Positions 9,089 to 18,384 of a DNA stretch of 37,521 nt are shown one piece after another. Source of the stretch: an uncultured delta proteobacterium (GTDB taxonomy: Bacteria; Desulfobacterota; Binatia; UBA9968); NCBI GenBank assembly GCA_963760795.1, contig CAVXEP010000023.1, forward strand, positions 1 to 37,521, written 5' to 3'. The position numbers and the translations under genes were made by a program. Under the pieces are notes generated by a model. The model did no database searches. It was not told the origin of the DNA and worked only from the letters and a program-made list of their open reading frames with translations. Position 1 is the first letter of the stretch; every line of letters starts with the position of its first letter.

Positions 9089-10399
9089 ATGCCAGAACGG
9101 TCAACCGCCTCGACGCCAAACCGCACCGTCGTGTTCCTGGCAACCGCGTTCACGCTTGCGGTCTTCATCTTTCTCATCGACAACAACTTATTCTCTCAGC
9201 CCGAACGGTTCCAAGAATCCGATTTCATTATGACCTTTTACGTCGCCGGCCGTCTGGTAAGCGAAGGCCGGGCGAGCGAACTTTATCCCGAACCCAGCGC
9301 CAAGACTTTCGTCAACTCACGGTTCGACAAAGCCGCCCATGAGTACCTGCCCACGCTGCCCAAAGACTCCACCGGCGCCTACATGTACATTCCGCTGGTC
9401 GCCGGTTTTTTCGCGCCGTTCAGCCGGCTCAATCCCAACGTTGCTTTACTGCTGTGGCAAACGATTTCGGTACTGGCGCTCCTCTGGTGCTGCCGCGAAC
9501 TCGCAGCTCTCACGGCAGCGAAGACCAGTGAAATGTTTTTTTTGGCCTTCCTATTCCTGCCGATCTTTCTCACCCTGTGGGCCGGTCAATTGGGGCTGAC
9601 GTTTGGTTTGCTACCTTTGTGCCTGGGTTTCAGCCTGCTAGTGAAAAATCGGCCGCTGCTGGCAGGTGTGATTTGGTCGATCCTGCTGCTCAAGCCGCAA
9701 TACTTCCTCGCCGCGGCGTTCGTCTCGCTGGTACTGCTATTAAGCGGACGCTATCGGACGTTCATCGGCATGAGCTCCGGGGTCATCGGGCTTCTGATCG
9801 TTACCAGTCTCGGATTCGGTCCGGAGCTGACTTTACAATGGCTGCAAAGCCACCAGGCAAGCGACGCCATGTATTCGAGCGGCCAGCAAGGTATTCCGAG
9901 CCAGCTCATCACCGGCCTGCCAGCCAACTTGATGATTTTATTCCCGGTGGCGCAAAGGGCGGCGCTAAAATGGCCGCTTTACTTAGGCGCGGCGATGCTT
10001 TGGGTTGTCGGATTTTGGTCGGCGATGAAACTGGCCAAGCGACAAATAGTAGATAGTTTGCCCAACCTAGCCATCGCTTTAACGATCGGAATTTGCTTGT
10101 CGGCGATCACTCTGCCGCATCTACTCTATTACGACCTTTGCGTGCTAGCGCCCGCCGGGGCGTTGCTCCTGACCAAAACCGGGCCCTGGGCCGGCCGCAA
10201 TGAGCTTCGCTGGCTCGCCATTCTCGGCTGGGTTTGCGTCAGCGGCTTCCTCGCGCCCATGTTGGCATTTGCCAGTGAAAAACTGATCCCGCTGCTGTTG
10301 GAAATTATTCTGACGGGGCTGTTCTTCGTGTTACTGCGACAGCTTGCGCGAATCTCACCGCCAACCGCTGGTCGCAGTTATGCGCGAATCAAGCTTTGA
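9089..10399 (+). CDS. GT87/DUF2029 polytopic glycosyltransferase (GT-C)
   Basis: DF..FY.AG, YMYIP, GQ, LKPQ, PHLLYYD motifs; many TM helices. Confidence 0.85.
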   Translation: MPERSTASTPNRTVVFLATAFTLAVFIFLIDNNLFSQPERFQESDFIMTFYVAGRLVSEGRASELYPEPSAKTFVNSRFDKAAHEYLPTLPKDSTGAYMYIPLVAGFFAPFSRLNPNVALLLWQTISVLALLWCCRELAALTAAKTSEMFFLAFLFLPIFLTLWAGQLGLTFGLLPLCLGFSLLVKNRPLLAGVIWSILLLKPQYFLAAAFVSLVLLLSGRYRTFIGMSSGVIGLLIVTSLGFGPELTLQWLQSHQASDAMYSSGQQGIPSQLITGLPANLMILFPVAQRAALKWPLYLGAAMLWVVGFWSAMKLAKRQIVDSLPNLAIALTIGICLSAITLPHLLYYDLCVLAPAGALLLTKTGPWAGRNELRWLAILGWVCVSGFLAPMLAFASEKLIPLLLEIILTGLFFVLLRQLARISPPTAGRSYARIKL

Positions 10400-10411
10400 C
10401 CGCTGCGGCAA

Positions 10412-11902
10412 TTAGCGCGCTTCCCGCGACACCCGCACCGCGCTGATCGCCGCGCCGCAAAAACATAGCACCGCCGCCGCCAGACAAGCAAAGTAAAAGC
10501 CGCGCATAAAAGCAGCGAGTCCGACGCCACTACCGGCCGTCCCCACCTGATTGGCAAACGACTGCAAGGACGATGCCCCGGTCGCTGTCAGCTGCGCGCC
10601 GACAATCGTCGTCGCCAGCGCCGTACCGATGGAGTAACCCAAGCTGCGCACGATCGACAGAAACGCCGAACCGACACCGAGACGGTGGCGCGGCACGGCG
10701 GTCATGAGCAGATTGTTGTTCGGCGTTTGAAAAAGTCCCATGCCGATGCCGACCAGTCCGAGGCATACAACGATCTGCACGGACGTTGACATGGGCGACA
10801 GCAAACTCATGAGCACAAAGGCGCTGCCGCTCACCGCCAGTCCCGCAGCGCATAGCCGTTCGGCGGCAAACCGTTCCGACATCCAACCGGTCAGCGGCGC
10901 CAGTAGCGCCATCGCCAACGGCGTCGGCGCGACCAGGAACCCGGCGCGCAACGGATCCAAACCGAGCGCGAACTGCAAGTAAAAAGGCATCAGCAAGATG
11001 CTCACGCTCATGGTGATAAAACTGATCCAGCGCGCCAGGTTGCCAACAGTAAAAGCGGGGATGCGAAAGAGCGCCAGATCGAGGAGCGGTGCGCGCGCGC
11101 GCCGCTCCCAATGGATGAAGAAAAACAGCAGCGCGAAGCCGGCGATCAAAGAAACAACCACCGGCGGCGATTGCCAACCGCCCTTCTGCGCCGTGGCGAG
11201 GCCAAATAGTATCAGCGAAATGCAGCAAGCGAAGGACAGCGCACCGATCAAATCGAAAGGCTCTTTTTTCGCCCCTTTGGCAACTGAGGGTTTGAAACTT
11301 TCCGGCGGCAAAAGCACCCGCGCGGCAGCGAAACCGCCAATGGCAAGAACCGAAGAAACAAAAAAATTCGAGCGCCAGCCCAAGCTATGAGTCAGCAGAC
11401 CGCCGATCACCGGACCCATCGTGTAACCGATCGCCGAGATCGCGCCGCCGGCGATGCCCATCGCCCGGCCGCGCTCTTCGGGGGGAAACAACGCCGTCAC
11501 CAAGGCGAAATTATTCGCCATGATCAGCGCGCTGCCGGCCGCCTGCAGGGCGCGAAAGATCACCAACTGCACCGCGCTCTGCGACGAGCCCGCGGCGATG
11601 GAACTCAAGGCATATAAAATAAACCCGGCGAGAAACAGGTTGCCGATGCCGAGCAGATCCGCCATGCGGCCACAGGGCAGATAGAGCGAAGCCGTGATCA
11701 ACGCATAAACCAGCGCAATCCAACTCGCTAATGTCAGGTCGGCGCCAAACTCAGTGATGATCAGCGGCAGCGCGATGCTTAACTGGCCGGTGTCGGCGGT
11801 GACGATCAGAGTGGCAATCGACGCCACCGATAGCGACCACCAGCGGTTGCGTGGCGGCGATGCCGGATTGTTTGTTGATGCATCCATCAGTAATCTAGAC
11901 AC
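10412..11902 (-). CDS. MFS transporter, DHA2 (14-TM) family
   Basis: IALP, GRMAD, FRALQAAG, FPPEERGRAMG, GPVIGG, PLLDL.LF. Confidence 0.9.
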   Translation of the reverse strand: MSRLLMDASTNNPASPPRNRWWSLSVASIATLIVTADTGQLSIALPLIITEFGADLTLASWIALVYALITASLYLPCGRMADLLGIGNLFLAGFILYALSSIAAGSSQSAVQLVIFRALQAAGSALIMANNFALVTALFPPEERGRAMGIAGGAISAIGYTMGPVIGGLLTHSLGWRSNFFVSSVLAIGGFAAARVLLPPESFKPSVAKGAKKEPFDLIGALSFACCISLILFGLATAQKGGWQSPPVVVSLIAGFALLFFFIHWERRARAPLLDLALFRIPAFTVGNLARWISFITMSVSILLMPFYLQFALGLDPLRAGFLVAPTPLAMALLAPLTGWMSERFAAERLCAAGLAVSGSAFVLMSLLSPMSTSVQIVVCLGLVGIGMGLFQTPNNNLLMTAVPRHRLGVGSAFLSIVRSLGYSIGTALATTIVGAQLTATGASSLQSFANQVGTAGSGVGLAAFMRGFYFACLAAAVLCFCGAAISAVRVSREAR

Positions 11903-11958
11903 CTTCGCGGCTTGTCGAATGCGTCAACAGGGGTAACCACTCACACCCTCCGAAACCT

Positions 11959-11986
11959 TTGAACTTTTGAACCTTGAACCCTGAAC
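11959..11986. repeat. short 7-mer tandem array (TTGAACC-like)
   Basis: ttgaact-tttgaacc-ttgaacc-ctgaac just downstream of the ABC ATPase stop. Confidence 0.6.
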
Positions 11987-11995
11987 GGAATTTAT

Positions 11996-12790
11996 TTACC
12001 GCCCAACCGGCCAGAAACGTCCACCGCGTTTGAGCAGCGCCAGCGGCGCACGATATAGCTCCTGCAATAGCCGTGGCTTGAGAACATCTTGAGTCTTTCC
12101 GGCATGGAGCACCTGGCCATGACGCAGAACTAGTGTCTGCTTAAACATCGGTAAGATTTCCTCGATGTGGTGCGTCACGTAAATCAGCGCGGGAACTTGT
12201 TTTTGCCTGCCGAGAGCGCTGAGGCTCGATAGGAAATTCTCCCGTGCCCCCGGGTCCATGCCGGCACATGGCTCGTCGAGCAGGATCAGGTAAGGCTTGG
12301 TCATGCGTGCGCGGGCGATCAAAACCTTCTGCTGCTCGCCTTGCGATAGCGAACCGAACTCTTGATTACGCAAATAACCGCAGTCCATCTCGACCAGATA
12401 ATGCAGCGCCAAGCGGTAATCGCTTGCGGTCGCTTCGCCACCTAACTGTTCCATCAGCCCGATCTGCGCGAACTTGCCTGAGAGGACCGTGCGCAGCACG
12501 GTTTCGCTCTGCGGTATTTCGGCCACTAACGACGAAGTCACCCAACCGATGCTCCTTCGCAGCTCGCGTAGATTGAGCAGAGTTTTGCCTCTGCGGTGAA
12601 CCGTACCGCCAGCGTTGGGCCAAAGGTAGCCGCAAGCGATCTTGAGAAGTGTCGACTTGCCCGCGCCATTGGGCCCGAGAATCGCCCAATGCTCGCCGGG
12701 TAGAACGGTCCATGAGATTGAATCGAGAATTTTCTTGTTGCCGGCAAGATATGAAACGGCACGGAGTTCGAGCGCAGGAGTTTTTTTCAC
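11996..12790 (-). CDS. ABC ATP-binding protein (ModF/YlmA-like, no adjacent permease)
   Basis: GEHWAILGPNGAGKST, LSQGEQQKV, LLDEP, YVTHH. Start estimated (GTG 12790 or 12820). Confidence 0.9.
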   Translation of the reverse strand: MKKTPALELRAVSYLAGNKKILDSISWTVLPGEHWAILGPNGAGKSTLLKIACGYLWPNAGGTVHRRGKTLLNLRELRRSIGWVTSSLVAEIPQSETVLRTVLSGKFAQIGLMEQLGGEATASDYRLALHYLVEMDCGYLRNQEFGSLSQGEQQKVLIARARMTKPYLILLDEPCAGMDPGARENFLSSLSALGRQKQVPALIYVTHHIEEILPMFKQTLVLRHGQVLHAGKTQDVLKPRLLQELYRAPLALLKRGGRFWPVGR

Positions 12791-12824
12791 GCTGGAGTAG
12801 AGTCCTTGGTTGACAATCACCGCC

Positions 12825-14084
12825 TCATGGACCGGTCGCGCCCACGCGAACCAGATCGAGGACATTGACTCGCTTGAGATCCACCACTGCCACTTCATCC
12901 GAACTTTCGCAGCCGACGAACGCCAATGCACCGTCGGGGCTGAAGGCGATATGCGCCGGCGCGCCGCCCACCGGGAGCCGTGCTCGTGGTTCGTGGGCGT
13001 GGGTGTCGATCAAACAGATACTCGATTCGCCGGTGTTGGAAACTACCAGCCACTTGCCATCCGGACTCAAAGCGAAGAAGTGCGGATAGATACCGACGGG
13101 AATAGTTGCGATAACCCCGTGAGTCCGGCAATTCCACACTGTCAGACTATCGGCGGCGAAGTTGGCGACGTAGCCAAAACGACCATCGGAACTCAGCGCC
13201 GGCAAATGCGCGCCGGCACCGGCGGGAATCGTCGCGACAACTTCATGATCGCCGGTGCGCATCACGGTCACATCGTCGGAAAGCGTATTGGCGACGTAGG
13301 CAAAGCGGCTTTCGCGATCGAACGCGATATGGCCAGGTCCCAAGCCGACTTTCACTTCGCCAACGACTGAATAGTTTTTGCCGTCGATCACGGTCACGGT
13401 GTGCGAAGCGGAGTTGGGCTGATAGGCCCAACGGCAGTCCGGCGACACCGCCACGTCGTGCGGCGCCACACCGACGGGTACGGTTTTCTTAAACTCACCC
13501 TCAGCACCGAGAACCGTGACATTCCGATCCGGCCCGCTCGGTAGGTAAACCGACTCGCCATTTGGTGCGACGCACGGAAGCAATGGTCGCTTTCCCGTCG
13601 GCGCGGTCATTAGCACTCCATCGTTGGCCGTGTCGACGATCGTCACATCGTTGGAACCGCTGTTGGCGACATAAAGCCGCTTGCCATCGTGCGCCAACTC
13701 CAAGTGTGACGGATCGTCGCCGACGGCGATATGCTTAATGACTTCGCGCGTCGATCCGTCGATCACGGCGACGCGATTATCCGTCGTGTTGGTATAAACA
13801 CGCCCGTCAGAATGGCAAGCGATGGAATGCGCCCCGCGCAAACCCAAACGCGGCGTCGAACCATCGGGCCAAAGCTTTAGTAAATAACCGTCATTGTCAC
13901 GCTCAAGCCCAACCCGGTAACCGCGCTCGAGCATCGAGATATACTGGCGTACCGGCAGCGCGCCGACGCGGGCGCGAACTTCGGAATTCGTGCCGCGCAA
14001 ACGCAGATATTGATCTTTCAAGCGATCGACTTGCTGGTCGGGTGCGAGATCACTGAGATCGAGTCGAATCATTGCCATTGTCAT
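12825..14084 (-). CDS. YVTN/YncE-type beta-propeller protein with small N-terminal domain
   Basis: About eight 42-aa repeats (VG..P..SPDG..YVAN..S..VTVID); no signal peptide. Confidence 0.85.
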   Translation of the reverse strand: MTMAMIRLDLSDLAPDQQVDRLKDQYLRLRGTNSEVRARVGALPVRQYISMLERGYRVGLERDNDGYLLKLWPDGSTPRLGLRGAHSIACHSDGRVYTNTTDNRVAVIDGSTREVIKHIAVGDDPSHLELAHDGKRLYVANSGSNDVTIVDTANDGVLMTAPTGKRPLLPCVAPNGESVYLPSGPDRNVTVLGAEGEFKKTVPVGVAPHDVAVSPDCRWAYQPNSASHTVTVIDGKNYSVVGEVKVGLGPGHIAFDRESRFAYVANTLSDDVTVMRTGDHEVVATIPAGAGAHLPALSSDGRFGYVANFAADSLTVWNCRTHGVIATIPVGIYPHFFALSPDGKWLVVSNTGESSICLIDTHAHEPRARLPVGGAPAHIAFSPDGALAFVGCESSDEVAVVDLKRVNVLDLVRVGATGP

Positions 14085-14107
14085 CCGATTGGTCTTCGCT
14101 CAATCAC

Positions 14108-14206
14108 GTAGGGTGGGTTGAGGCGTTTGGCGCCGATACCCATCGCCTCTTCCGAGTAAACCAATAACGATGGGTTACGTCGCTCGACGCGGCTAATCCA
14201 TCCTAC
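14108..14206. repeat. GTAG-type REP doublet (REPIN-like)
   Basis: GTAGGGTGGGTT...ACCCATC and the inverted GATGGGTT...AATCCATCCTAC; each arm is itself palindromic. Confidence 0.7.
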
Positions 14207-14252
14207 GAACTCGCGAGCCAAAACTCGAAACGCGAAACCGCGGCAGCGCCGC

Positions 14253-15248
14253 CTACTGTTTGAACCGGCTGAACACTTGCAGCGCGTTCCGGTCGAAGAT
14301 CTTCGCCTTGTCGTCAGCCGTGAGCCATGGAATGCTGTCGATGTTCGGCTTCACATCATCATACCATTTGCCGGTGCGCGGATCGGTCTTCGAGCCGGCG
14401 CCTGGGCGTTCGGTGCCGAACAGACAGCGCTCCGGTCCGCAGATGCGAAACAACAGTTTCAACGACTCGATGCTGTACAGCGCGGTATCGAAATAGAGCT
14501 GCTTCAGACGCTGATCGAAAGTCTCGGTATCATTGGGACCGCGCAACTGGGAGCGCCAACGGCCGACTTGATAGGGCACCGAGCCGCCGCCATGGGAAAT
14601 GATCAGCTTAAGTTTGGGAAAATCCTTGAACACGTTGGAATCGACCAACGAAAGAATCGCGATGCTCTCCTCGGTAATAAAGTGGCCGTGGAACGACTCG
14701 CGCGGGTTCTTGCAGCTCGCGCCATGCACCAGGCCGGGGATGTCCATCTTGACCATTTTCTCGTAGAGCGGATACCAATACTCCTGGCCCATCGCCGGCG
14801 TCATGCCGTCGCCCTCTCCTGGATCGGGGTTGATCATGATGCCGACGAAGCCGAGATCGTTGATGCAGCGGTCGATCTCGTCGAAGCTGTTGGTCACCGC
14901 CACGCCGGCGTTTTGTGGCAGGCCGCCAATCGCGCGAAACTTGTTGGGCTCCATTTTCACTTGCAGCGCCAGCGCGTCATTGACCGCCTGGCAATACCAG
15001 TGAACGATCTTTTCCGGTTTCGCCGAGTGCATCATGGTGTAGGGCCGCGGCGAGATGAAAGCGAAGTCCGTGCCGACCTCGCCGAGCACTTCGGAATGGC
15101 GGTGGCCATGCCACTTAGCGGCTTGAATATCTTTCTCGGTAACAACCACACCGCGCGGCTTGTGAAACCCCGCGCTGTTGATCAAGCCGGCCTGGAAGGT
15201 TTGCAGCTGCTCGCCGGCGACGATGTGATTGTGAATATCGATAACCAT
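14253..15248 (-). CDS. amidohydrolase-2 family, 4-oxalomesaconate hydratase (LigJ)-like
   Basis: IDIHNH, SPRP, LPQ, NPDP, WYPLYEKM, HGGGSVPY, YFDT, FGTE, DP.TG..YDD resemble LigJ motifs. Confidence 0.75.
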   Translation of the reverse strand: MVIDIHNHIVAGEQLQTFQAGLINSAGFHKPRGVVVTEKDIQAAKWHGHRHSEVLGEVGTDFAFISPRPYTMMHSAKPEKIVHWYCQAVNDALALQVKMEPNKFRAIGGLPQNAGVAVTNSFDEIDRCINDLGFVGIMINPDPGEGDGMTPAMGQEYWYPLYEKMVKMDIPGLVHGASCKNPRESFHGHFITEESIAILSLVDSNVFKDFPKLKLIISHGGGSVPYQVGRWRSQLRGPNDTETFDQRLKQLYFDTALYSIESLKLLFRICGPERCLFGTERPGAGSKTDPRTGKWYDDVKPNIDSIPWLTADDKAKIFDRNALQVFSRFKQ

Positions 15249-15327
15249 GGAACGATCCTCCTGAGTGATTTGTCCCTCTACCTAACAGAGAAATGCGAGT
15301 AGGAGCAAGGCGAGATAAGCATGAAAC

Positions 15328-15424
15328 TGGAGTGATGGAGTATTGGAGTGGTGGAGTAATGGAAATCCGAATTCCTGAACCAACACTCCAGTACTCCAAC
15401 ACTCCATTCTACCGCGCTCCATCA
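15328..15424. repeat. inverted 8-mer tandem arrays (TGGAGTNN x4 / NNACTCCA x3-4)
   Basis: tggagtga tggagtat tggagtgg tggagtaa tgg ... cca acactcca gtactcca acactcca. Confidence 0.85.
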
Positions 15425-15426
15425 CC

Positions 15427-16725
15427 TCAATTCTGCTGCCGCGGCGGCTTCAACATGAGACTGAGCAGCGCCGAAATCGCCAGCACGGCGCCAAAGATCG
15501 CAAACGACAGTCCGTAGCCGCCGGTGATGTCGAAGAGGAAGCCGAAGAACGGCGGACCGATAGCGGCAAGAAAATGGGATATCAGCAAACCTAAACCGCG
15601 AATCTTGCCGAGGGACTGGCGCCCGAAATAATCGGCCCATAGCATGTCCGGCAACACCATGTTGCCGCCCAGACCGATGCCGTAGAGGAAAAAACCGGCA
15701 TAGAGGCAGAGCAGATTACCGGTCAGTATCGCCAGCGCCAATCCGCAGCCCTGGATGACAAAGCGCAAGGTCGCGGCATAGCGCACGCCGATTCTCTCGG
15801 CGAGAAGTCCCCAGCCCAAAGGTGAAGCCAGCTGCATCGACGCGATGATGCTCATCACCGTGGCCGCGATCACGGCCGAGTAGCCGGTGTCAGTGACGTA
15901 GGAGTAGACATGCAGATTGAGGCCAGTCACACCTATACTGGATATGCCAAAGGTAATCACCAGGAGCCAGAACGCCGTCGTCCGCGCCGCTTCGGCACGC
16001 GTCCAGGTCGCATCCTGTGCACCGGTCTCAGCCATGCGCGCCGCGGACTGATGCGCGCTCGCGTCAGCGCCGGCCACTGATCCCGTCGCGCCGTCTGGCA
16101 ACAATCCCATTGCCTCCGGCGAGCGCCGGATGATCAACAGCGCCGGCAGCACCAACAGCCCTAACGTCATCAAACCGAAAGCGAACCAGGTCTGGCGCCA
16201 GCCGAGCCAGAGAATCAGCGAAGCCGCCACCACCGGCATGCAGACTTTGGCGAAACCCACGCCCATGCTCGAGATCGCCAGCGCCCGGCCGCGCTGGCGC
16301 ACGAACCACTGGGCGATGATGACGTTGACCACCATGTAGCCCATCATCGAGTCGCCCAGGGTCACCAGCGTCAAGCGGATCGCCGCGAATTGAGCAAAGG
16401 AATCGATCTGACTCAAGAGAAAATAGCCCACCGCGACGATGCCGGTGCCGATCACCATCAACCAACGCCCGCCGTAACGGTCCACCAAGGTGCCGATCAG
16501 CGGCGCGATGCACGCAGCAATGATGCCTTCGCCGGAGCGCAGCAAAGAAAAGACTCCACGGGAAATTCCCAGATCAGCGGTCAGCGGCTTGAGAAAGATG
16601 CTCATCGTACTCGCTAGCGCGAAGGACGATGCGATGTTGGCGAGAAAGCCGACGGCAACGATGTACCAACCGTAGAACATTTTCGGCTTGACGGGGTTGC
16701 GGGTTAACTCAGCAGTGGATTCCAC
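15427..16725 (-). CDS. MFS transporter (OFA/MCT-like, 12 TM)
   Basis: FYGWYIV, GTLVDRYG, WFVRQRGRA, GWRQTW, FWLL, YFGRQSLG. Confidence 0.9.
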   Translation of the reverse strand: MESTAELTRNPVKPKMFYGWYIVAVGFLANIASSFALASTMSIFLKPLTADLGISRGVFSLLRSGEGIIAACIAPLIGTLVDRYGGRWLMVIGTGIVAVGYFLLSQIDSFAQFAAIRLTLVTLGDSMMGYMVVNVIIAQWFVRQRGRALAISSMGVGFAKVCMPVVAASLILWLGWRQTWFAFGLMTLGLLVLPALLIIRRSPEAMGLLPDGATGSVAGADASAHQSAARMAETGAQDATWTRAEAARTTAFWLLVITFGISSIGVTGLNLHVYSYVTDTGYSAVIAATVMSIIASMQLASPLGWGLLAERIGVRYAATLRFVIQGCGLALAILTGNLLCLYAGFFLYGIGLGGNMVLPDMLWADYFGRQSLGKIRGLGLLISHFLAAIGPPFFGFLFDITGGYGLSFAIFGAVLAISALLSLMLKPPRQQN

Positions 16726-16824
16726 ATTCTTGGTTTAGCAGGAAAAGCGTCGCACTAGCAATTCGGCGGGCGGCGGTAAGCGCAGCAATTATTCTTTTGT
16801 TGTCAATCAAAGATCCGATGGACT

Positions 16825-16890
16825 GTCATCTCGAACGAAGTGAGAAATGTCGTGTGCCGACGAGAGATTCCTCGCGCCGATCGGAATGAC
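16825..16890. repeat. GTCAT...ATGAC REP-like palindrome
   Basis: gtcatctcgaacgaagtgagaaat...gagattcctcgc..tcggaatgac; related copy at 18240. Confidence 0.6.
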
Positions 16891-16918
16891 GGAATTGAAA
16901 AGTGACGGCAGCGTCTCG

Positions 16919-17362
16919 CTATTCTTTGGCCGTGTCATCGCCGAGCGGATAATCCGGCGCCGACTCGACTTTCGGTTTCTTCGCTAAATGCGCCGTTTCG
17001 TGGCCGATCAACGCCGCGTACACTCTGGCATCGGCGCCGACCAACTTGACCATGCCGACGTTGATACCCATGATGTTGCGCCCGGTCGCATCCGGACCCG
17101 CGAACGCGTTCGGCTCATCGCCGGCGGCGATATGGAGTTCGCTCTGTACGTTGGCCGTCCGGCTAATGCGCGTGTGCGCCAAAAACATTTCCTGTATCGT
17201 CCGAGTCGGCACCGCAAGGACAAGCTCACCGTCCGGACCTGCCAATCCTACCGCAGGGATGGGCGACAGGACGACGTCCTTTACCCGCCAGACGAGCCTA
17301 TCTGGTTGAACAGCGCAGCCGGTAAAGAGTAAAAGTAAGAATATTCCGATGAACGATTTCAT
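16919..17362 (-). CDS. M48-family peptidase-like lipoprotein, apparently C-terminally truncated
   Basis: Lipobox-like LFTGC; EPNAFA; I.VG; ALIGHETAH (HExxH) followed by only ~23 aa. Confidence 0.6.
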   Translation of the reverse strand: MKSFIGIFLLLLFTGCAVQPDRLVWRVKDVVLSPIPAVGLAGPDGELVLAVPTRTIQEMFLAHTRISRTANVQSELHIAAGDEPNAFAGPDATGRNIMGINVGMVKLVGADARVYAALIGHETAHLAKKPKVESAPDYPLGDDTAKE

Positions 17363-17472
17363 CGCCGCCTCGTCTAATTTTTTGACCATATCGCAGTCGC
17401 GCGTCAAAGATAGCGGCCCGGATGCTATTGCGGTAGGGGTCGAATCATCGCCCGTGGCGAAAAGGATTGCAC

Positions 17473-18195
17473 ATGAAGCAATTGTCTATTCATATTGTCA
17501 TATTGCTCGCTTTGGCGTCCGCGGCCTTAGCCCAACAAAGCCCAGAGCGGCGCCCCCGGCCGCCGTCGATATCGGTTAACGGCGAAGGCATCATCGCCGC
17601 CGAACCTGACCAGGCGCAGATCGATATCGGCGTCACCAACCAAGCGCGCAACGCGCCGGACGCATCGCGAGAAAATGCCGAGCGGATTTCCCGCGTTCTC
17701 GGCGAAGTAAAAAAGCTTCTAGGCAAAGGGGACGAAGTGAAAACCAGCGGCTACTCGCTCACGCCGCAATACCGCTATCCCCAAGGCGGCAAACCGGAAA
17801 TCGTCGGCTTCACGGCGAATAATATCGTGCGCATCAAGACCGCCAAACTCGACGAGGTCGGCAAGCTGATCGATGTCGCCATGCAGGCCGGCGCCAACAA
17901 CATCAACCGTCTGGCCTTCACATTAAAAGATGAAGAAGGCGCCCGCCTCGACGCCCTCAAGCAAGCCGCCGCCAAAGCGAAAGCGAAAGCCGAAGCCATC
18001 GCCGCGTCATTGGGACTGAAGATCGTCAGAATCGCTTCGGTGATCGAAGGCGAACGCTCCTTTCAACCGGTTTTTCGAGCGATGCCCATGGCAAGAGCCG
18101 AAATAGCGGCTGCCCAAGCACCTACACCGATCGAGCAGGGTACCGTCGACGTCAGATCGACGGTAACTTTGGTCGCGGAGGTCAGCGAGCGGTAG
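17473..18195 (+). CDS. SIMPL (DUF541) domain periplasmic protein
   Basis: Signal peptide; ISVNGEG...PDQA.IDIGV, GANNI, AKAKAEAIA..LG, PIEQG. Confidence 0.9.
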   Translation: MKQLSIHIVILLALASAALAQQSPERRPRPPSISVNGEGIIAAEPDQAQIDIGVTNQARNAPDASRENAERISRVLGEVKKLLGKGDEVKTSGYSLTPQYRYPQGGKPEIVGFTANNIVRIKTAKLDEVGKLIDVAMQAGANNINRLAFTLKDEEGARLDALKQAAAKAKAKAEAIAASLGLKIVRIASVIEGERSFQPVFRAMPMARAEIAAAQAPTPIEQGTVDVRSTVTLVAEVSER

Positions 18196-18239
18196 ATTAT
18201 CGATTCGCGTGGGACAATGATTGACGGTTTCAAAGATGT

Positions 18240-18322
18240 TGTCATGCCGAGCCGAGCGTGGCATCTCATCTCGTCAGCCGCTTGCGAAGGCGAGATCCTT
18301 CGGCCATCGCCTCAGGATGACA
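18240..18322. repeat. TGTCAT...ATGACA REP-like palindrome
   Basis: tgtcatgccgagccgagcg..atctc...gagatccttcgg..ctcaggatgaca, between convergent genes. Confidence 0.65.
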
Positions 18323-18384
18323 CACATCAGATTTCCGCGAGCTAAGGTAAAAGCGCTGCTATCCGTTAATCATTCAGGAGACAT

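Noticed and set aside
14277-15302. 341-aa plus-strand ORF and other long antisense ORFs (e.g. 18965..20014, 23848..24576)
   Set aside because: These are shadow ORFs opposite well-supported genes in GC-rich DNA and have no motifs.
15328-15424. CRISPR array
   Set aside because: The units are 7-9 nt contiguous tandems without spacers, and there are no cas genes. The same applies to the other arrays.
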